Of a stretch of DNA of 64,000 nt, positions 45,900 through 60,259 are shown in pieces. The position numbers and the translations under genes were made by a program. Numbering within the stretch: the stretch's first letter is position 1; each line of letters starts with the position of its first letter. Below the pieces are notes generated by a model that was given only the letters and a program-made list of their open reading frames with translations, was not told where the DNA came from and did no database searches. Source of the stretch: Octopus sinensis (taxonomy: Eukaryota); assembly GCF_006345805.1 (NCBI RefSeq), contig NC_043012.1, positions 41,292,001 through 41,356,000 of the forward strand. Reading direction: 5' to 3'.

Positions 45900-46879
45900 A
45901 CAATAGATTATATAGCTGTGTATATATATGTACCGGTGTGTGTGTGTGGTAGATGAATATATGCGTCTACTGCCACAAGGATTTAGCTGGTTGTAGATAC
46001 AGGTATTCGTGTCCTCCGCATCTTGATCTGATGGAATTAAACCTAGTCTTCCATTAAAGAACGGTTAAAAATAAATATGTAGAGGATACAATTTAAGAAT
46101 AAACAAAAACTGTCTGAAATAAATGTTACTATGAATTATATAAAACATTACATATTATAGAATATTGTTATACATTTCGATATTGTATTTGTTTCTCAGG
46201 ATATTATAAATGTATTTATCTAAACAGGAAAAGAAACACGAATGGAAATAATAAATAATCATATTTATCTCTCAATGTTCGTTTCTCCTGCGTTTCTTCA
46301 GCGGTTGGCCCATCAGACATTACTCGCCAAAAAGCAGGCCAAGTCACTAAAATATAAATAATTAGCAAACATCACAAATATCACATGTGGTATAAATTAC
46401 GCCATATATTACTGTTAAGTTAATCCTATAAATAAATGTTTTGCTTAGTGTAATATTTCGTACACTCTCTAATATCATATATATAGTACTGCGAGCTAAA
46501 TATTCTGGAGTTTATTAAATTTATATAATTATGACCAATGTTCATTTATCTAACCCTTAACTACGAAATTAGATTTCATTTATTTAACCCTTAACTGAAA
46601 AATTACGTTTCATTTATTTAAACCTTTAACTGCGAAATTACATTTCAAGGAGTTTCCAATATTCATGTTAAATGTTGACTGAAATTAACTCAATAAACTT
46701 AATATACTGCAAAAAAATATTTTCAAGCTTGATATTTCTTAGCAGAATATAATTTGATCTATCCGCAGTCAAAGGTAATGAAACTTTTAGAGGCTATAGC
46801 TGATTTCCGCATGTGTCACACTAAAGATACTTGAAAAGGATTCTGAGAACGTACTTGCAAGACCACATACTCATTTGAA

Positions 46880-47400
46880 GACATTCTAAAGAGACACCAT
46901 GTGACCCTCAAGCGAAATCACCAAAGAAGGAAAACATGCAGATCATATACGTCTTCTACCAGAACAACTCCCATTTGAAGACAGTTCAAATGGACAGGGA
47001 GGAAACGAAAGAGGGGAAGAATGAAAACGATATGGCACAAAACCTTCATAACCGACATAAGAGAGAGGTCGCCATTATCGCGGGGGCGGATATAAAGAAA
47101 ACTGCAGCTAATTCAAATGTTTTCGTTTGCCCAGGAGGGGCTAAAATTGCTATTAATACACAACCAATGCAGCAAACTTATGCTGACGCACATCTAAAAC
47201 AGCAAACTCTATATGGAATCCCCTTCCAGGTACAAAACATAAAATATACACAACATTCGATACAACCGCATTTATGTAATAAACAACTCTGTACAAATTC
47301 TATTGAATAGCTGTCCTATAATGTAACAATCCCTGCACAACTCCTACACCGCAATCTTTACGCATTCACAACGGGGCAGTAAAATTCAGGGCACCCTCCA
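46880..47400 (+). mobile_element. Possible highly decayed APE-type LINE (RTE-like) endonuclease remnant
   Basis: Weak ordered resemblance to APE motifs (AIIAGAD vs GDFNA; LYGIPFQ; HLCNKQLCTNS; LHRNLYA vs SDHR); not decisive. Confidence 0.3.
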
Positions 47401-48509
47401 TACAACACGTACGAAACAGCAGCGCCGCCCATCAAAATAACCAACCAACACAGATGAAATGCTAGAAACAATAGCGCAAATAAGAAAAAACGTGACCAAT
47501 CGAAACTGACCTAAGTATATAAACCCAATTCTACATTCAGCAAATGGCATTGGTGCACGAACTTCAAGAACAGTGGAGGTATACAAGAGAAAGTTGCATG
47601 AAACTAATCGAAGCACGCAAGGCATTACGACAACAATAATGATAATGGCGATGATGAATATAATTGTTGTCAAGGAATTTTCTGCAAATATGGATACATT
47701 GTTTTAATTAGCGGTGTTAATTACTATTTAAACTGTCTAGGTGACTAAACGCCAATCAATGTAAAATAGTGTTTTGTTTTAAAATTAGATTTCATTGATA
47801 TTTTAATAATAATTATTAAAAAAAACACATTGTTTGTGCAGTTATAATTAATTAATTCACTGTTTAATTAGTTTTGCATATTTTTTAGGTTTTTGTTATA
47901 TTCATGAATTCTGATTTTGCCATTCTGATAACGACTATACAATTACAACGCGGTTAGGATTGTAATATTCCGGTCATTCTTAGTGAAGTGCAGGGGTGTG
48001 GGTGGCAAAGTTGGTTGAGCATCGGACATGTCATGAGGTATTTAATTACAAGTGTTGACGATGTGGGTTCAAATTCCGCTGTGACTATTCTATAACACAT
48101 TTTACTAATGCGAAAATAGTAAAGTACCATTCTAGTTTTGGATAAAGACGCACCTATTCTCTCCCCCAAAATGTCTCAAGACGTCTTGAGTTTAAATCCT
48201 GGCCAAATTATATTTGCGGTTTATTTTTCCCGTGTAGATAAAATAGTGCCACTCCTGTACGGGAATGGTTCCAATCGATTGTCCCCCTCGACGAATGTTT
48301 GGTCAAAGGAAATTTTCTCTCAAAATTATTGATGCGAGGAGCAGCATTCGGAGTATCACTCGAGTCTTGGATTAAATATCTTACTGTTTTTTTTACTCGT
48401 TCTAATCCGCTTTGATTTCAATTCCTGCAGAGATCGACTGTAAATCTTATCCTTCAAAGGTCGATAAAATATATACCAGTGAAATGCTGGAGAGTCTATA
48501 TAATCGATT

Positions 48510-48820
48510 GTGAAGGTGTGTGGCTAAATGGTTCTGGTATTCGGCTCAAGATCATAAGGCCATGAGTTCGATACCCGGAGAAGTTTTGTCCTTGAGCAAG
48601 ACATTTTATTTCACGTTGCTAAATTCTACACAGCTGGCCTGAATGAGTTGCACTTGCAAATTGAAAGGGTCAGCCTTGTCATATTCTGTCCCACGCTGAA
48701 TTTCCCTGAGAACTACGTTGTCTAAGAAGTTCTCAGTCTCTTGCACGTTAATTTCACGAGCAGTCCGTTCCGTTGATCGCAACAATTGGAACCCTCGTTG
48801 TCGGAACCAACGAAGAACCA
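48510..48820 (+). mobile_element. SINE family C-related copy
   Basis: gtggctaaatgg A box, gagttcgatacc B box, cttgagcaagac core, tgcacgttaatttcacgagc segment. Confidence 0.7.
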
Positions 48821-50294
48821 GTTATATAATCGACTATAGGTTGTCTTTGAAAGAATTCTTGGCACTGTACCAATGTTGCAAAGCCTTTCCGAACTGCTAT
48901 GAATGGAACATCAGCAAAATTACTCAAGGTATTTACTTACATCCGTTAGTGCTGTGGGTCAAATCCCAATGTCATCAACTTTTCCAAGTCATATCAAATA
49001 AAGTACCTGTCATACATTGGGGTCGAAGTAATCGAATGTTGCTCGCACCAAAATGTGATTACTGGGATCAACATAATCGACTGCCTCCCCTAAAATTTAA
49101 GGTCGTATACCTTTAGTAGAAAGGATATATTTTATAGCCCCGAGAAACAGGAAACAGTCGAAAGGTGAAGCCTGGGATACTATTTTAGCTTTTCACTCTG
49201 TTAATGGACGCAATCGAAGACACAGCTTGATTGAAACCACTGCGAGGCTTAGGCGCTAAAATAGCCATTCACCCATGCGTGCCTCACTCGTCGAATGCAA
49301 ACAAAAATGAGTTCTTGTCAAGTACCGCGGTTGATCTATCCAATTTTAGCTCCATCCCCTCCCGCAAAACACCAACAAAAATCTATGGCGTACTAATCTA
49401 AGAAATCATTAAGTTAATCATTCTTTATTTTGTTAATTACATTTCTACAATAATTATATGCTACGTTTGTGAAATTTCTTCTTATATCATCAAATTGTTT
49501 ACTTTTCTTACAAATTTCTTTTCCTTTTTTCTTTTTATTTTGGATTTCTAAACGTTATTTTGCTAATTGTATTTCAGTTCCACTCTTCATGTTTTTTTGT
49601 TGTAGAATTAGTTGCTTCCGGCATTTTCTTACAGTTTTCTTTTTACATCGTAGACCTTCTTCCCACTCTGCCCTCCCCACAAATAAAAACAAAAACCACC
49701 AGTTTATAGTTGATTCGTCTTTTGTTTTATCAAACACAATTATTTCTAAATTCATCATTATTACCACCACCACCACCACAACTACAAATACAACAAGCTC
49801 CACGGCCACCATTGCTACCATTACTGATGTTGAAACCAACAGCACAAACAACATGTCATTCTATATAAATAGTAAATAAAAAATATTAAAGATTTAGCAA
49901 ATAGAATTTTATTTTGTTCTTTGATCACTTTTTTTTTTTGGTCTGGTTGAAAATAATGGATTAAAAATAGTGAGAAATTTTCCGATTATTTAAAAAAAAA
50001 AAGACTATGGTAGAATGAGTAGCAGTAAATTTAAAAACAAAATCTAAATAGAAATAAAAATAAATTAAGGAGGAAAACAAAAACCAAAATTAATGCGTTA
50101 AATTAATTAACAATAATAGCGGAAATTTTCACTAAAGAAAATGAGAAAATTCTATAGAAAACGTATTCATTGTCTGTTAGGGCAACGGGTTAGATTCGAG
50201 TCTGGATTGAACTTGGTTAAGTACGTAGAACAATGCATTTAGTCTCCCGTCTCTAACACCTGTTGTGGGTTGATAGCAATAATAATAATAATAA

Positions 50295-51182
50295 TCCTTA
50301 CTACTAATGGCACAAGGCCTGAAATTTGATGGAGCACAATAGTCGATAACATAGATGTCAGTGTTTCACTGGTATTTAACTTATCGACCCCTAATCAATG
50401 AAAGGCACAGTCGACCTCAGCGGAATTTGAACCAAGGACCTGAAGACGGAGAGAATTCCGCTAAGCATTTTGCTCGGCGTGCTAATGGTTCTGCCAGTTA
50501 GTCGCCTTAGTAGTAGCAGCAGTAATAATAACAATAATTTCAAACTTTGTCACAAGGCCAGCAACTTCTCGAGAGAGGGGTTAAATCGATTACACCGACC
50601 CCAGGGCTCAAAGGATGAAAAGCAAAGTCGACCTCGCCGGAATTTGAACTCAGAACCTAGAGACGAACTAAATGCTATTACGCATTTTGCTCGGCAGGCT
50701 AACGATTCTGCCAGCTCGCTGCCTGAGACGTAGTAGTAGTAGTAGTAATAATAATTCTTTCTCCTATAGTCACAAGACCTGTAATTTTTTAGTGAAGGGC
50801 TAAGTCGATTAGATCGACCCCAGTACACAACAGGTACTTAATTTATCGACTCCGAAAGGATGAAAGGCAAAGTCGACCTCGGCGGAATTTGAACTCAGAA
50901 CGTAGCGGCAGATGAAATATCGCCTTCTTAGTAGTATTAATAGTGATAATAACAAAAATAATAATAATACTAAGGCAGCGAGTAAGCAGAATCGTTAGCA
51001 CGCCGGGCGAAATGCTTAGCGTATTTCGTCAGTCTTTACGTTCTGAGTTCAAATTCCGCCGCAGTCGACTTTACCTTTCATCCTTTCGGGGTCAATAAAT
51101 TAAGTACCAGATGAGTACTGAGGTCGATTTAATCGACTGGCCCGCTCCCCAAAACTTCTGAGCCTTGTGCCTAGAATAGAAA
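50295..51182. mobile_element. Four SINE-A copies (three minus, one plus at 50973-51182) separated by AAT/TAG runs
   Basis: Repeated aaaggcaaagtcgacctcggcggaatttgaactcag core. Confidence 0.85.
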
Positions 51183-52331
51183 AGCATATTTATAATAATA
51201 CTAACAACAGTAGCCACCATAAAAAGAAAAGAATCTATAAAAAACAAGCAGCAGCTGTAATAATAACTGATGCTATCACAATAATAATGACAACTACAAC
51301 AAGAGCAAGAACAAAAAGAGCCGACATAAAGAATGCCAATCACAATTTCAATAACAATAATAATTAAAACCAAAATAATACAAATTAATATAAGCAAATG
51401 TAATAAAACAAAAGCTATGACAACAAAAACAAATAACAACAATAATTGCCAAAAAGCGTTCATAACAATAACAGCAACGACTACAACTTCAACAACAATA
51501 GCTGCCAGAATAAGAATGAAGAAATCGTTCTGATAATGGAAATTGTTTTACTTATCTGTATTTATTTTTATTAACTTTTTGATTGAAAAAAAAAACAGTT
51601 TTATAAAATGGAAAATAATAAAATGAAATAAAAATATATTTAAAAATACATTGGAACAAAGTTATGTAAATAACTAAAGATTTATGATAAAAAGAAACAT
51701 AAAACGCACACAGACACTCACAAAAATTAGTAGCAGTATGAAATAGAGTGAGGATTGGTTACTAGGATTTAATTAACTCAAACTAAATTTTTGAAACTAC
51801 GAAGAATTTAGTCAATATTGCTGTTAGGTGAGTGAACAAGAAGACGCCATACTTATTAACAAATTTATTGCTAAAGAGAAGAAAAAAGGAAACGAAAAAT
51901 ATCGAACAATTAATATTTGTTTTTCCTCTTCGATCTGTTTTTTTTTCTCTTCTCTGTTTTGTGTTGTCTTCAAATATTTCTTTCGTTATTTGGAATTTGT
52001 TCTGCTTTGTTTTTATTGTTATTTTTATTACCATATTCATTGAGAATTTAGGAGATACATCAAAAGATGAAGTTCTTGAGTCTTTGGAGCGAGAGTCCAC
52101 TTGAAGATCTTTGAGGTGTCTTGTTCGAACTCAACTTTCAAGTGAATAAAAACAGAGTCTATAAGTAATTTTTTACACTTCCTGGAAAGGAGTGATGATC
52201 AGAGTAGCCGACCGTCGTGACTTGTTACGAAGAACACCAGCCCAGATGGAAGAGTATAGTCTTTAGGTATTAGGGAAAGAGAATCGTTCCACCGTTCAAA
52301 CACCTGCTAACAGTACGGGTCTTTGAATACC

Positions 52332-52558
52332 TATTTCTTTACTACCCACAAGGGGCCAAACACAGAGGGGACAAACAAGGACAAACAAACGGATTTAGTC
52401 GATTACATCGACCCCAGTGCATAACTGGTACTTAATGTATCGACCCCGAAAGGATAAAAGGCAAAGTCGACCTCGGCGGAATTTGAACACAGAACGTAAT
52501 GGTAGACGAAATACGGCTACACATTTCGCCCGGTGTGCTAACGTTTCTGCCAGTTCGC
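52332..52558 (-). mobile_element. Young SINE-A with 16-bp target site duplication
   Basis: TSD cgggtctttgaatacc at 52316-52331 and 52559-52574. Confidence 0.9.
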
Positions 52559-52666
52559 CGGGTCTTTGAATACCATTGCTGAGAATGTGTGGGCACATGA
52601 AGAAACTCTTTGATGGCAGCGACGGCGAAGAAGCCGACGATGTTGTTCCTCTATCATTCTTTCCAG

Positions 52667-53235
52667 CAGCTCCTCTCTTTGATGAAGCACAAACTGAGTC
52701 TGGTCCATTCCCTTCTGCAAATAGCAACTCTCATATTCGAAAAAATGTAAGATGTGGACATTGTGTCCTGCGACCGATTGTGATTGTTCAGGAAGACAAT
52801 CGGATGCCTTTCAGCACAGGGTACTCTGGACATCTCCAGAAACCGTTGGCTGACAAAATTACAAGTGGGTACATGTGGTTATTGCCGGTTTGATATAAAC
52901 ACTACACATATGGCCATGCTAAAGCGTACCGGTATTGCGCACAATAGGACAAAACCTTGTGTTATACACCCGTTCAGTGTCTGTGAATTGCTCATTTGTG
53001 AAGCTACGTTGTGCAGCGATTATTTAGTGCAGATGCGATGCAGCTGTCACCTGAATCTGCATTTGGCGCTGTCGGTAGTGTTTCCGATTCTGCACTTTAC
53101 ATATTTAGTTCTTACCGCTATTTCTATCTACAGGTTACTCCGGCTCAGCTATTATCAGGTCACTTCTCTTCGTCCATAGCCAGCGGTCATCTCAATCTGT
53201 CTTGGCTTCCGTATCTTTTCCAAACTGACCGTACG

Positions 53236-53297
<62 letters not shown>

Positions 53298-54133
53298 GGT
53301 GGTGAGCTGGCAGAATCGTTTGCGCTTTGGACGAAATGCTTAGCGGCGTTTCGCTCATCACTACGTTCTGAGTTCAAATTCCACCAGGGTCGACTCTGCT
53401 TTCATCCTTTCGGGGTCCACAAAATAGGTAGAAGCTGCCCTTGTGGCAAAAATTAGTAATAATTATTATTGATGTTATATTATTGATGTTTTGATTACTA
53501 ATGATGTCATCTAAAAAAAATCTATCTAGAAGTTTTTTCCTTACTCTTCCTATAACTCCTCGTTAATTTCCAAGACCTTTCTCCTTAACATTTTTAACCC
53601 TGTAAGTCGATTCCACTGATATAAATTATTTCCCTTTATTGACCTTTTCACTCTAAGGAGACACCTAAATTAGACGCTATATGATACATAACGGATATTG
53701 CTATTTGAATAATCTGAAAAGAGCCAATATTACACCACTTAAACAGTATAATAGGTAATTGTAACCGGCAATCGAAAGTCTAGTGGCTTTTTTTCTAGTC
53801 TGATTTAGTTCGTGATTAAAATTCAATATAAATTCTGTTTAAAAATAAAGGAAGAGATAACAAAAGTGAAAAAATATAAGAAGGAGATAAAAAGACAAGA
53901 ACAGAAGACAGACACAGCGAAGAAGATAAATAGAGAGGAGTGGGGGGAGGCAATCAAAGGAACTAAGAGGGAGAGATCTTCAGAATTGATAAAAATAAAG
54001 CTTTCAAGACCGATAGAATATTTAACAGTAGGAAACAGAAATCTATATAAAAGTGCGTGGGTATACACGTATATAATACATATGTGCACCTACGTACACA
54101 CTCTGAAATATATATTATATATATATATTATAT

Positions 54134-54164
<31 letters not shown>

Positions 54165-54187
54165 GATATATTATATATTGTGATATA

Positions 54188-54219
<32 letters not shown>

Positions 54220-54936
54220 CATGCATACATACACACACACATACACACACACACATACACACACACATATATATGTATGCATGTATGTATGTATGTAGGT
54301 ATGTATATATATATGTATGCATGCATGTATATGCATACACACATGCGCGCATGTACAAATCTAGTCTTCCTTGGCTGTTGTTACAGTGTAAGATAGAATG
54401 CATTGAGTTCAAGTCAGCGCTCTGAGGTTCAAATCTCATCGACGTCTTGTTGCATTTCATATGCTTTCGAGGTCGATAGACGGAATACTGAGCCGCAGTT
54501 GCGCAGCCTTCTTTCTGAGAAAGTTTTGTTTGTGTAGATTTGATGGACTTACATGTGTGTAATAAAATGCATAATACTTTCAGAAAACTATGTGATACGA
54601 CTGCAAATCGATTCTTGCGTGTTTTTTTAACACGCAATTCTGTTTCCGTTATTTCTTTGAGACAAACCATTGCAACTATTTCCGATCCACTTTCTTATGC
54701 ACAACATGAATGTAATACACGGCGGTGTGTTAATCGAATACAGTTCCAAATACGTATTCTAAATTAATTCTAGCCTGGCTAGCTTTAGCTCATATCAATA
54801 TATGTTTGATTTACTGATATCTATTTTGGAACAAGCATGTTTTCCCCCGTTTAGCACAGAATGTCTGGGTTATTCGTCATTGGGGCGATTGACTCACATT
54901 GAAGCGGAGTGTCTGCTGACCCACCGGCGTTTCTAG
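52667..54936 (+). CDS. Candidate exons of an unidentified third gene: 52667-52746, 53134-53230, 54860-54936
   Basis: Polypyrimidine acceptors, donors gtaaga and gtacgt, phase-compatible chain APLFDEAQ...IRKN/VTPAQLL...FQTD/QCLGYSSLGRLTHIEAECLLTHRRF*; no recognisable domain. Confidence 0.3.
53297..53450 (+). mobile_element. SINE-A copy directly after (ATT)n
   Basis: aaggtggtgagctggcagaatcg head and B box. Confidence 0.8.
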
Positions 54937-55254
54937 CGAAGTTCTTTGCTTTTAATAGAGATGCTTTTCCCGCGACAAAATATAACGTATAGTGCCTTTC
55001 GACGTTTGTGTATACATTGTAAAATTATACACACCAGTATCAATAAATATATATAAAATTATCTACTGAGATATAAATATAGATATGTTATATATAAATG
55101 TAAAGAATATTCTTTCTTCTTTTAAGCATTAAACAAATGCATTCGATAAATTTGTTCTCTCATACTGTCTTTTTTTGGACTCATTGCCAAACATGTCAAC
55201 ATATCTTAATTATATACATACATACACGTAAATATAGATGTATGTAGGGCATAG

Positions 55255-55289
<35 letters not shown>

Positions 55290-55292
<3 letters not shown>

Positions 55293-55492
55293 TATATAAT
55301 TAGGGCTTAGTAAAATAAATTACTTTGCCACATACTGAACTTAGTAGAAATAGCAGCCAAAAAAGTTTTTTAGCCATTTCCACTACTTTCTTTAAGTAGT
55401 GGAAATGGCTAAAAAACTTTTTGGGCTGCTATTTCTAGAAAGTTCAGTATGTGGCAAAGTAATTTATTTTACTAAGCCCTAATTATATAATG
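55290..55492. repeat. Near-perfect 203-bp palindrome (about 100-bp arms, about 5-nt loop)
   Basis: cattatataattagggcttagt...ccactactt-tcttt-aagtagtgg...actaagccctaattatataatg. Confidence 0.92.
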
Positions 55493-56335
55493 TAATATTT
55501 TGAATTCGCCTTAAATGGTCCTTTTACATACTGAACACTTGGTGAAATTGATTAATAACTAATTAATTTTACCCTCAATTGTTGATATATATATATACAT
55601 ATATATTTGCAAATGTATATATACATGTGTGTGTAACTATGTATGTGCCTGAGTGCACTTATTTGCAACCACAAGTGTATGAGCATGCGTGTGAGGAGAT
55701 TATAAACTGCTGCATCGCCTGCAGTCAAAACTTCGTGCTGTATTTCAAAATTTCTATTGAGGAATGGATTTCTCGGTTTGAATCAAGATGGACAGGACAT
55801 TTCCGGTTTCTTGGTTCAGTAACCGGAAGTCGATTTTGTCAACATCTTAACAGCTTGTGGATGTTTGTGTTTGGTGTAATCTCGTGTGAAATAATATGAA
55901 ATAGTTACTGAAGGGCTGTAGACATCTGCTAATTGTGAGACACGATGACGATGACGACAACGATGATGATGATGATGTTGTTTTTAGTGGTGGTGGTGAT
56001 GATAATGATTTTGATGGTGGTGGGGGATGCAAGGGGACGATTTGATGAAGAATGATGATAATGATAGTGGTGGTCCTGGTGGGAATGACGACTCTGTTGA
56101 GAGGGATTGCAGTCATAATATGATTATGATAAGGAGGAGGAAGAGATGGGAGAGGATGATAATGATAATGATGATTATGTTAATGAGAATAACAATAATA
56201 ATAATGAAAATAATGGTTTCAAATTTTGGTACAAAAACCAGCGATTTCGGCGTAGCGCTCAACTAGTACTTATTTTGTCGATCACGAAAAGTATGTATGT
56301 ATGTATGTATGTATGTATGTATGTATGTATGTATG

Positions 56336-56390
<55 letters not shown>

Positions 56391-56801
56391 CCAAAGAACA
56401 GAGTAAGAACGTAACGGACGGCAATAAAAGCACACGGTCAGATAGACGATACAAAGACGGACTGGAAAAAACAGGGCGAAACATCCGTGGCTTTCTTTCA
56501 TCAGTCAAGCTTCAAATCATCATTACAGTTTCGGCCTGTTGCACTTGAGACTATTCAAAATTGGAAGGCCCCAAAGATCTGAGCTAAGGGCATAAAAGTT
56601 TTGGAAGAAAACAAACGAATACGTGCGAAAACACATTACAAAAAGACGGAGAAAATGTTACACGGTTAAAAATAGAAACAACAACAGGTGTCTTTCGACT
56701 GCTGGCGTGTAAAGTGGAAGCCTTAAGACATACACACGCGCGCACACGCACACACACCTGTATATATATATTAGAGAAGGAGAGAGAGAGAAACGGAAAC
56801 T

Positions 56802-56854
<53 letters not shown>

Positions 56855-57781
56855 AGTGAGAGATTGACTCTTCATACTGACTACGCATTAATATTATTTG
56901 TTGGATCATATACTTTTATAACATTTTTTCGGTGGGAATTCGGTTTGCGGCATTTTGTGTGGCTATCATTTGTGTCAGTTTGTCACTGACTTTGTCTCCT
57001 TCTTCCCTCCACTTACATCATCATCATTTACCGTTTTCATTTGCTAATATATTATTTATACAATGATTTCATCGCAGAGTAAGTTTGTGCTTCTCTGTGT
57101 GACGTATTTGCTTGAAATTGGTCGAACTTTAAACTTCTTATATTTCCAATATATTTCCTATTCGTCTCTATTCGATGCTGACGATTTATATTGTGCTTAT
57201 TTGTTATTTTCCTGCTGAATATTTAAAACATTAAACTTTTCTTTCTAAAGTATTTACTGTTTTATTTATTTTCGTATAACATTCTTGTTTATTTTGGGGC
57301 GATGTGACGAAGATACATTTTACCCCACCTCAGAAAGGTGGTTATTATGGAAACGTTGGTTGCGTGCGTGCGATTACTTCTAACTATCTACGCACGCATA
57401 ATGCTTATAAATATATGCGTCCAAACTTGATTTACGCGTTTGCCACCACAACCTCCTTTTGGCTTAGCAGCCTTTCCCGTTTCTTTTCAGTGTCCTGTTC
57501 ATTTTCAAACGTTGACCGTCCGCAAAATCCCCAATTTTTAAAATTTGCTTTGAGGAAGCAACTGTTTTATCGAAAGCGTATATTGTTGTTAAATGTTCGA
57601 AATATGAGACTAGAAAAACAGCCAACAAGTGATGAAGGGTCGTTCATTATGCAGTTTGTTTTGTTTTCCATTTGTATCTTCGTTGTTCGAAAGAAATAGT
57701 TCATGTTCCATGTATTCGTGCTTCGTATTTTTTTGTTGTTCACGTTTCGTGACGTCCTGTGCCCACATATGCATGTATAAT

Positions 57782-57818
<37 letters not shown>

Positions 57819-57853
57819 GCATATATATTCGTATAGATGTATGTGCATATGCG

Positions 57854-57913
<60 letters not shown>

Positions 57914-58304
57914 TATAATTTATATTATTATATGACTGAACGTCACGCATCCTCTTCCAATTAAGTTACATATATATATATATATATTTGAGAAATGAAA
58001 TTGGCAAAGGAATGAGAAATTGTCATGAACTTCATTAGCTTACAGTTTTTTCTGCTATAGGATGAAATCCATTGTAGTTGAAGTGTTGCGTATCACCGTA
58101 TAACTTCATCAGAGCTTCTGAACTCATTTAGATTTCGTATTACTGCTCTGTACTCGACAGACGCTTTGTTCTGAAGCATATGTGCACTAATTCTAACAGT
58201 GGGATGTTACTATCGCGAAAGAGTAAAACACACACACACACACACACATATATGTATATTATATATATATATATATATTTATATATTTATATATATATAT
58301 AGCT

Positions 58305-58510
58305 AATACCAATATGAAAACACAAAGAGAAAACACAACAACGCGAGGACGTGGAACAAGTATAGTGTTATTGGACGCTCAGGAAAAGACAGAAAGAAGA
58401 AGGATTTAACGTTTGGAGCGGAGCTCTTCGTCAGAAACATAGGAAAAAGAAAGATCCAAGGAAGGGAAGACGGAGGAAAAAATCGCTAACGGTACACATG
58501 AGGTCACATT
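58305..58510 (-). mobile_element. Short (TA)n-flanked repeat carrying a mutated hammerhead (CTGACGA-A-GAGC-tcc-GCTC-CAAA-CGTT)
   Basis: Core at 58428-58434 on the minus strand; GAAA changed to CAAA. Confidence 0.5.
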
Positions 58511-58677
58511 TTGAATATATATATATATATATATATATAGCAAATAAGAAAATTGACACACGATAACCAGAATTTGGATATGAATAATTCGGTACACTAC
58601 CAACAATATATTGGATAGGTACTATCCCTTAGTTGGTTGGTTTCCCAACCTCTAACTCTGACATAATTATATATATA

Positions 58678-58721
<44 letters not shown>

Positions 58722-58741
58722 TGTGCGCGCGTGCGTGTGTA

Positions 58742-58912
58742 CAGTGAGAATTTACAAAAACGAAGACGGGTGTGTAAACAATAAAGATACGTATTAGTTT
58801 AACGCTCAGGAAGCGAGCGTTACGTTTTCGAGCCTACGCTCTTCGGCAGAAAGGAACACAGAAATAAACAGGGAGAGAAAATAGAAAAAGGTTTAGTGGC
58901 TAGCGAACTAAC
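58742..58912 (-). mobile_element. Related short repeat with mutated hammerhead (CTGCCGA-A-GAGC-gtag-GCTC-GAAA-ACGT)
   Basis: Core at 58843-58849; shares the acgctcagga segment with the 58305 copy; flanked by microsatellites. Confidence 0.5.
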
Positions 58913-58922
58913 AATTATATAT

Positions 58923-58966
<44 letters not shown>

Positions 58967-59242
58967 TCATATACTTCAAGATATATGAGAAATGGATATA
59001 TTGATTTTACATTTTACTACTGGAGATCTTTGAGATTACCGCCGTCTTTGAGGCTTCTTCGTGGAGTAAATAAATTCAGGCAGAAGAAATAATGCTTGCA
59101 TGTTTGTATTAATATGCATGATCGGCGTTATATAATGCAATGCTATTCAGAAATCAAGGCAAATAAGGAAAGCTCGCTCAGTAGATTCCGTAAGAGTTGT
59201 CTGCGATAACACCACACAATTCTCTGAAGACAGATAGATAAG

Positions 59243-59295
<53 letters not shown>

Positions 59296-59297
59296 AT

Positions 59298-59369
<72 letters not shown>

Positions 59370-60207
59370 GGAGTGAGAGAAAGAGATAGAGAGATAGATA
59401 AATAGATAGATCGATCTCCAAATCGTTGCTTTTTAAAACATTAAACAATCATCCTACCAACAAATGCTAAACGAAGACTGTAAAATCGATAGAATTTAAG
59501 ACTGACTAAATAGTCAGAAATGCCGCTAAAAGTTGCCGGAATATCTGAGAAAGTACAAATTACGCTGAAATCACTTGACAGAACAGTCGCATCCATCGGT
59601 GCTAACGAAAATTCTTGTACAGAGACAAGGTGTGGATTTTAGCTCTTAGCGTCTATACGAGGTGGCTTGTCAGGATGATTACACAGATAATAGCGTTTAA
59701 AACAACACGTCCAAGTTAAGTTGAATGTGTAAATTAATAAAAAAAATACTAATACTTCCCTCTTCTCTCTTACACGTATACTCATTCTTTTTTTCCTTTC
59801 TCTGACTCTCGCCCTTTTTCTCTTCGTCTTTCTTTTTTTTTTTTTTACATATTTCTATATTGGTTCTTTTAGTTTTTTTCAGAAAACAATTCTTTCACCT
59901 TTTAAAATTCTATGAAGAAATAAAAATAATTGTCAAAGATATAATAACTAATCTAATCCCCTTTAATCTCTCAATATTTTTGTTAATGCATAATTTTGTT
60001 GGTGGAAAATGTTTCTTTAATTTTCGTTCTTTTGTATTTTAGGCGGTTAAAATTTTCCTTTAATTCGTTGAATTGTCGCCATTTTGTTATTTTCGTTTTA
60101 TTTTTTCAATAGATTTTTGCTTAAATCTTCCCGAATTAATCCATTATTCCATTCAAAGAAATACGATTACTACATTCTTTCCTTCCTTCTTTCTTCCATT
60201 CTTTCCT

Positions 60208-60259
<52 letters not shown>

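Noticed and set aside
46936-47310. 124-aa ORF with RHKR furin-like site suggesting a propeptide
   Set aside because: No signal peptide or phase-compatible neighbouring exons; weak resemblance to a decayed LINE endonuclease is at least as likely
55940-56200. D/G-rich low-complexity ORFs
   Set aside because: Degenerate (GAT)/(GGT) microsatellite without splice support
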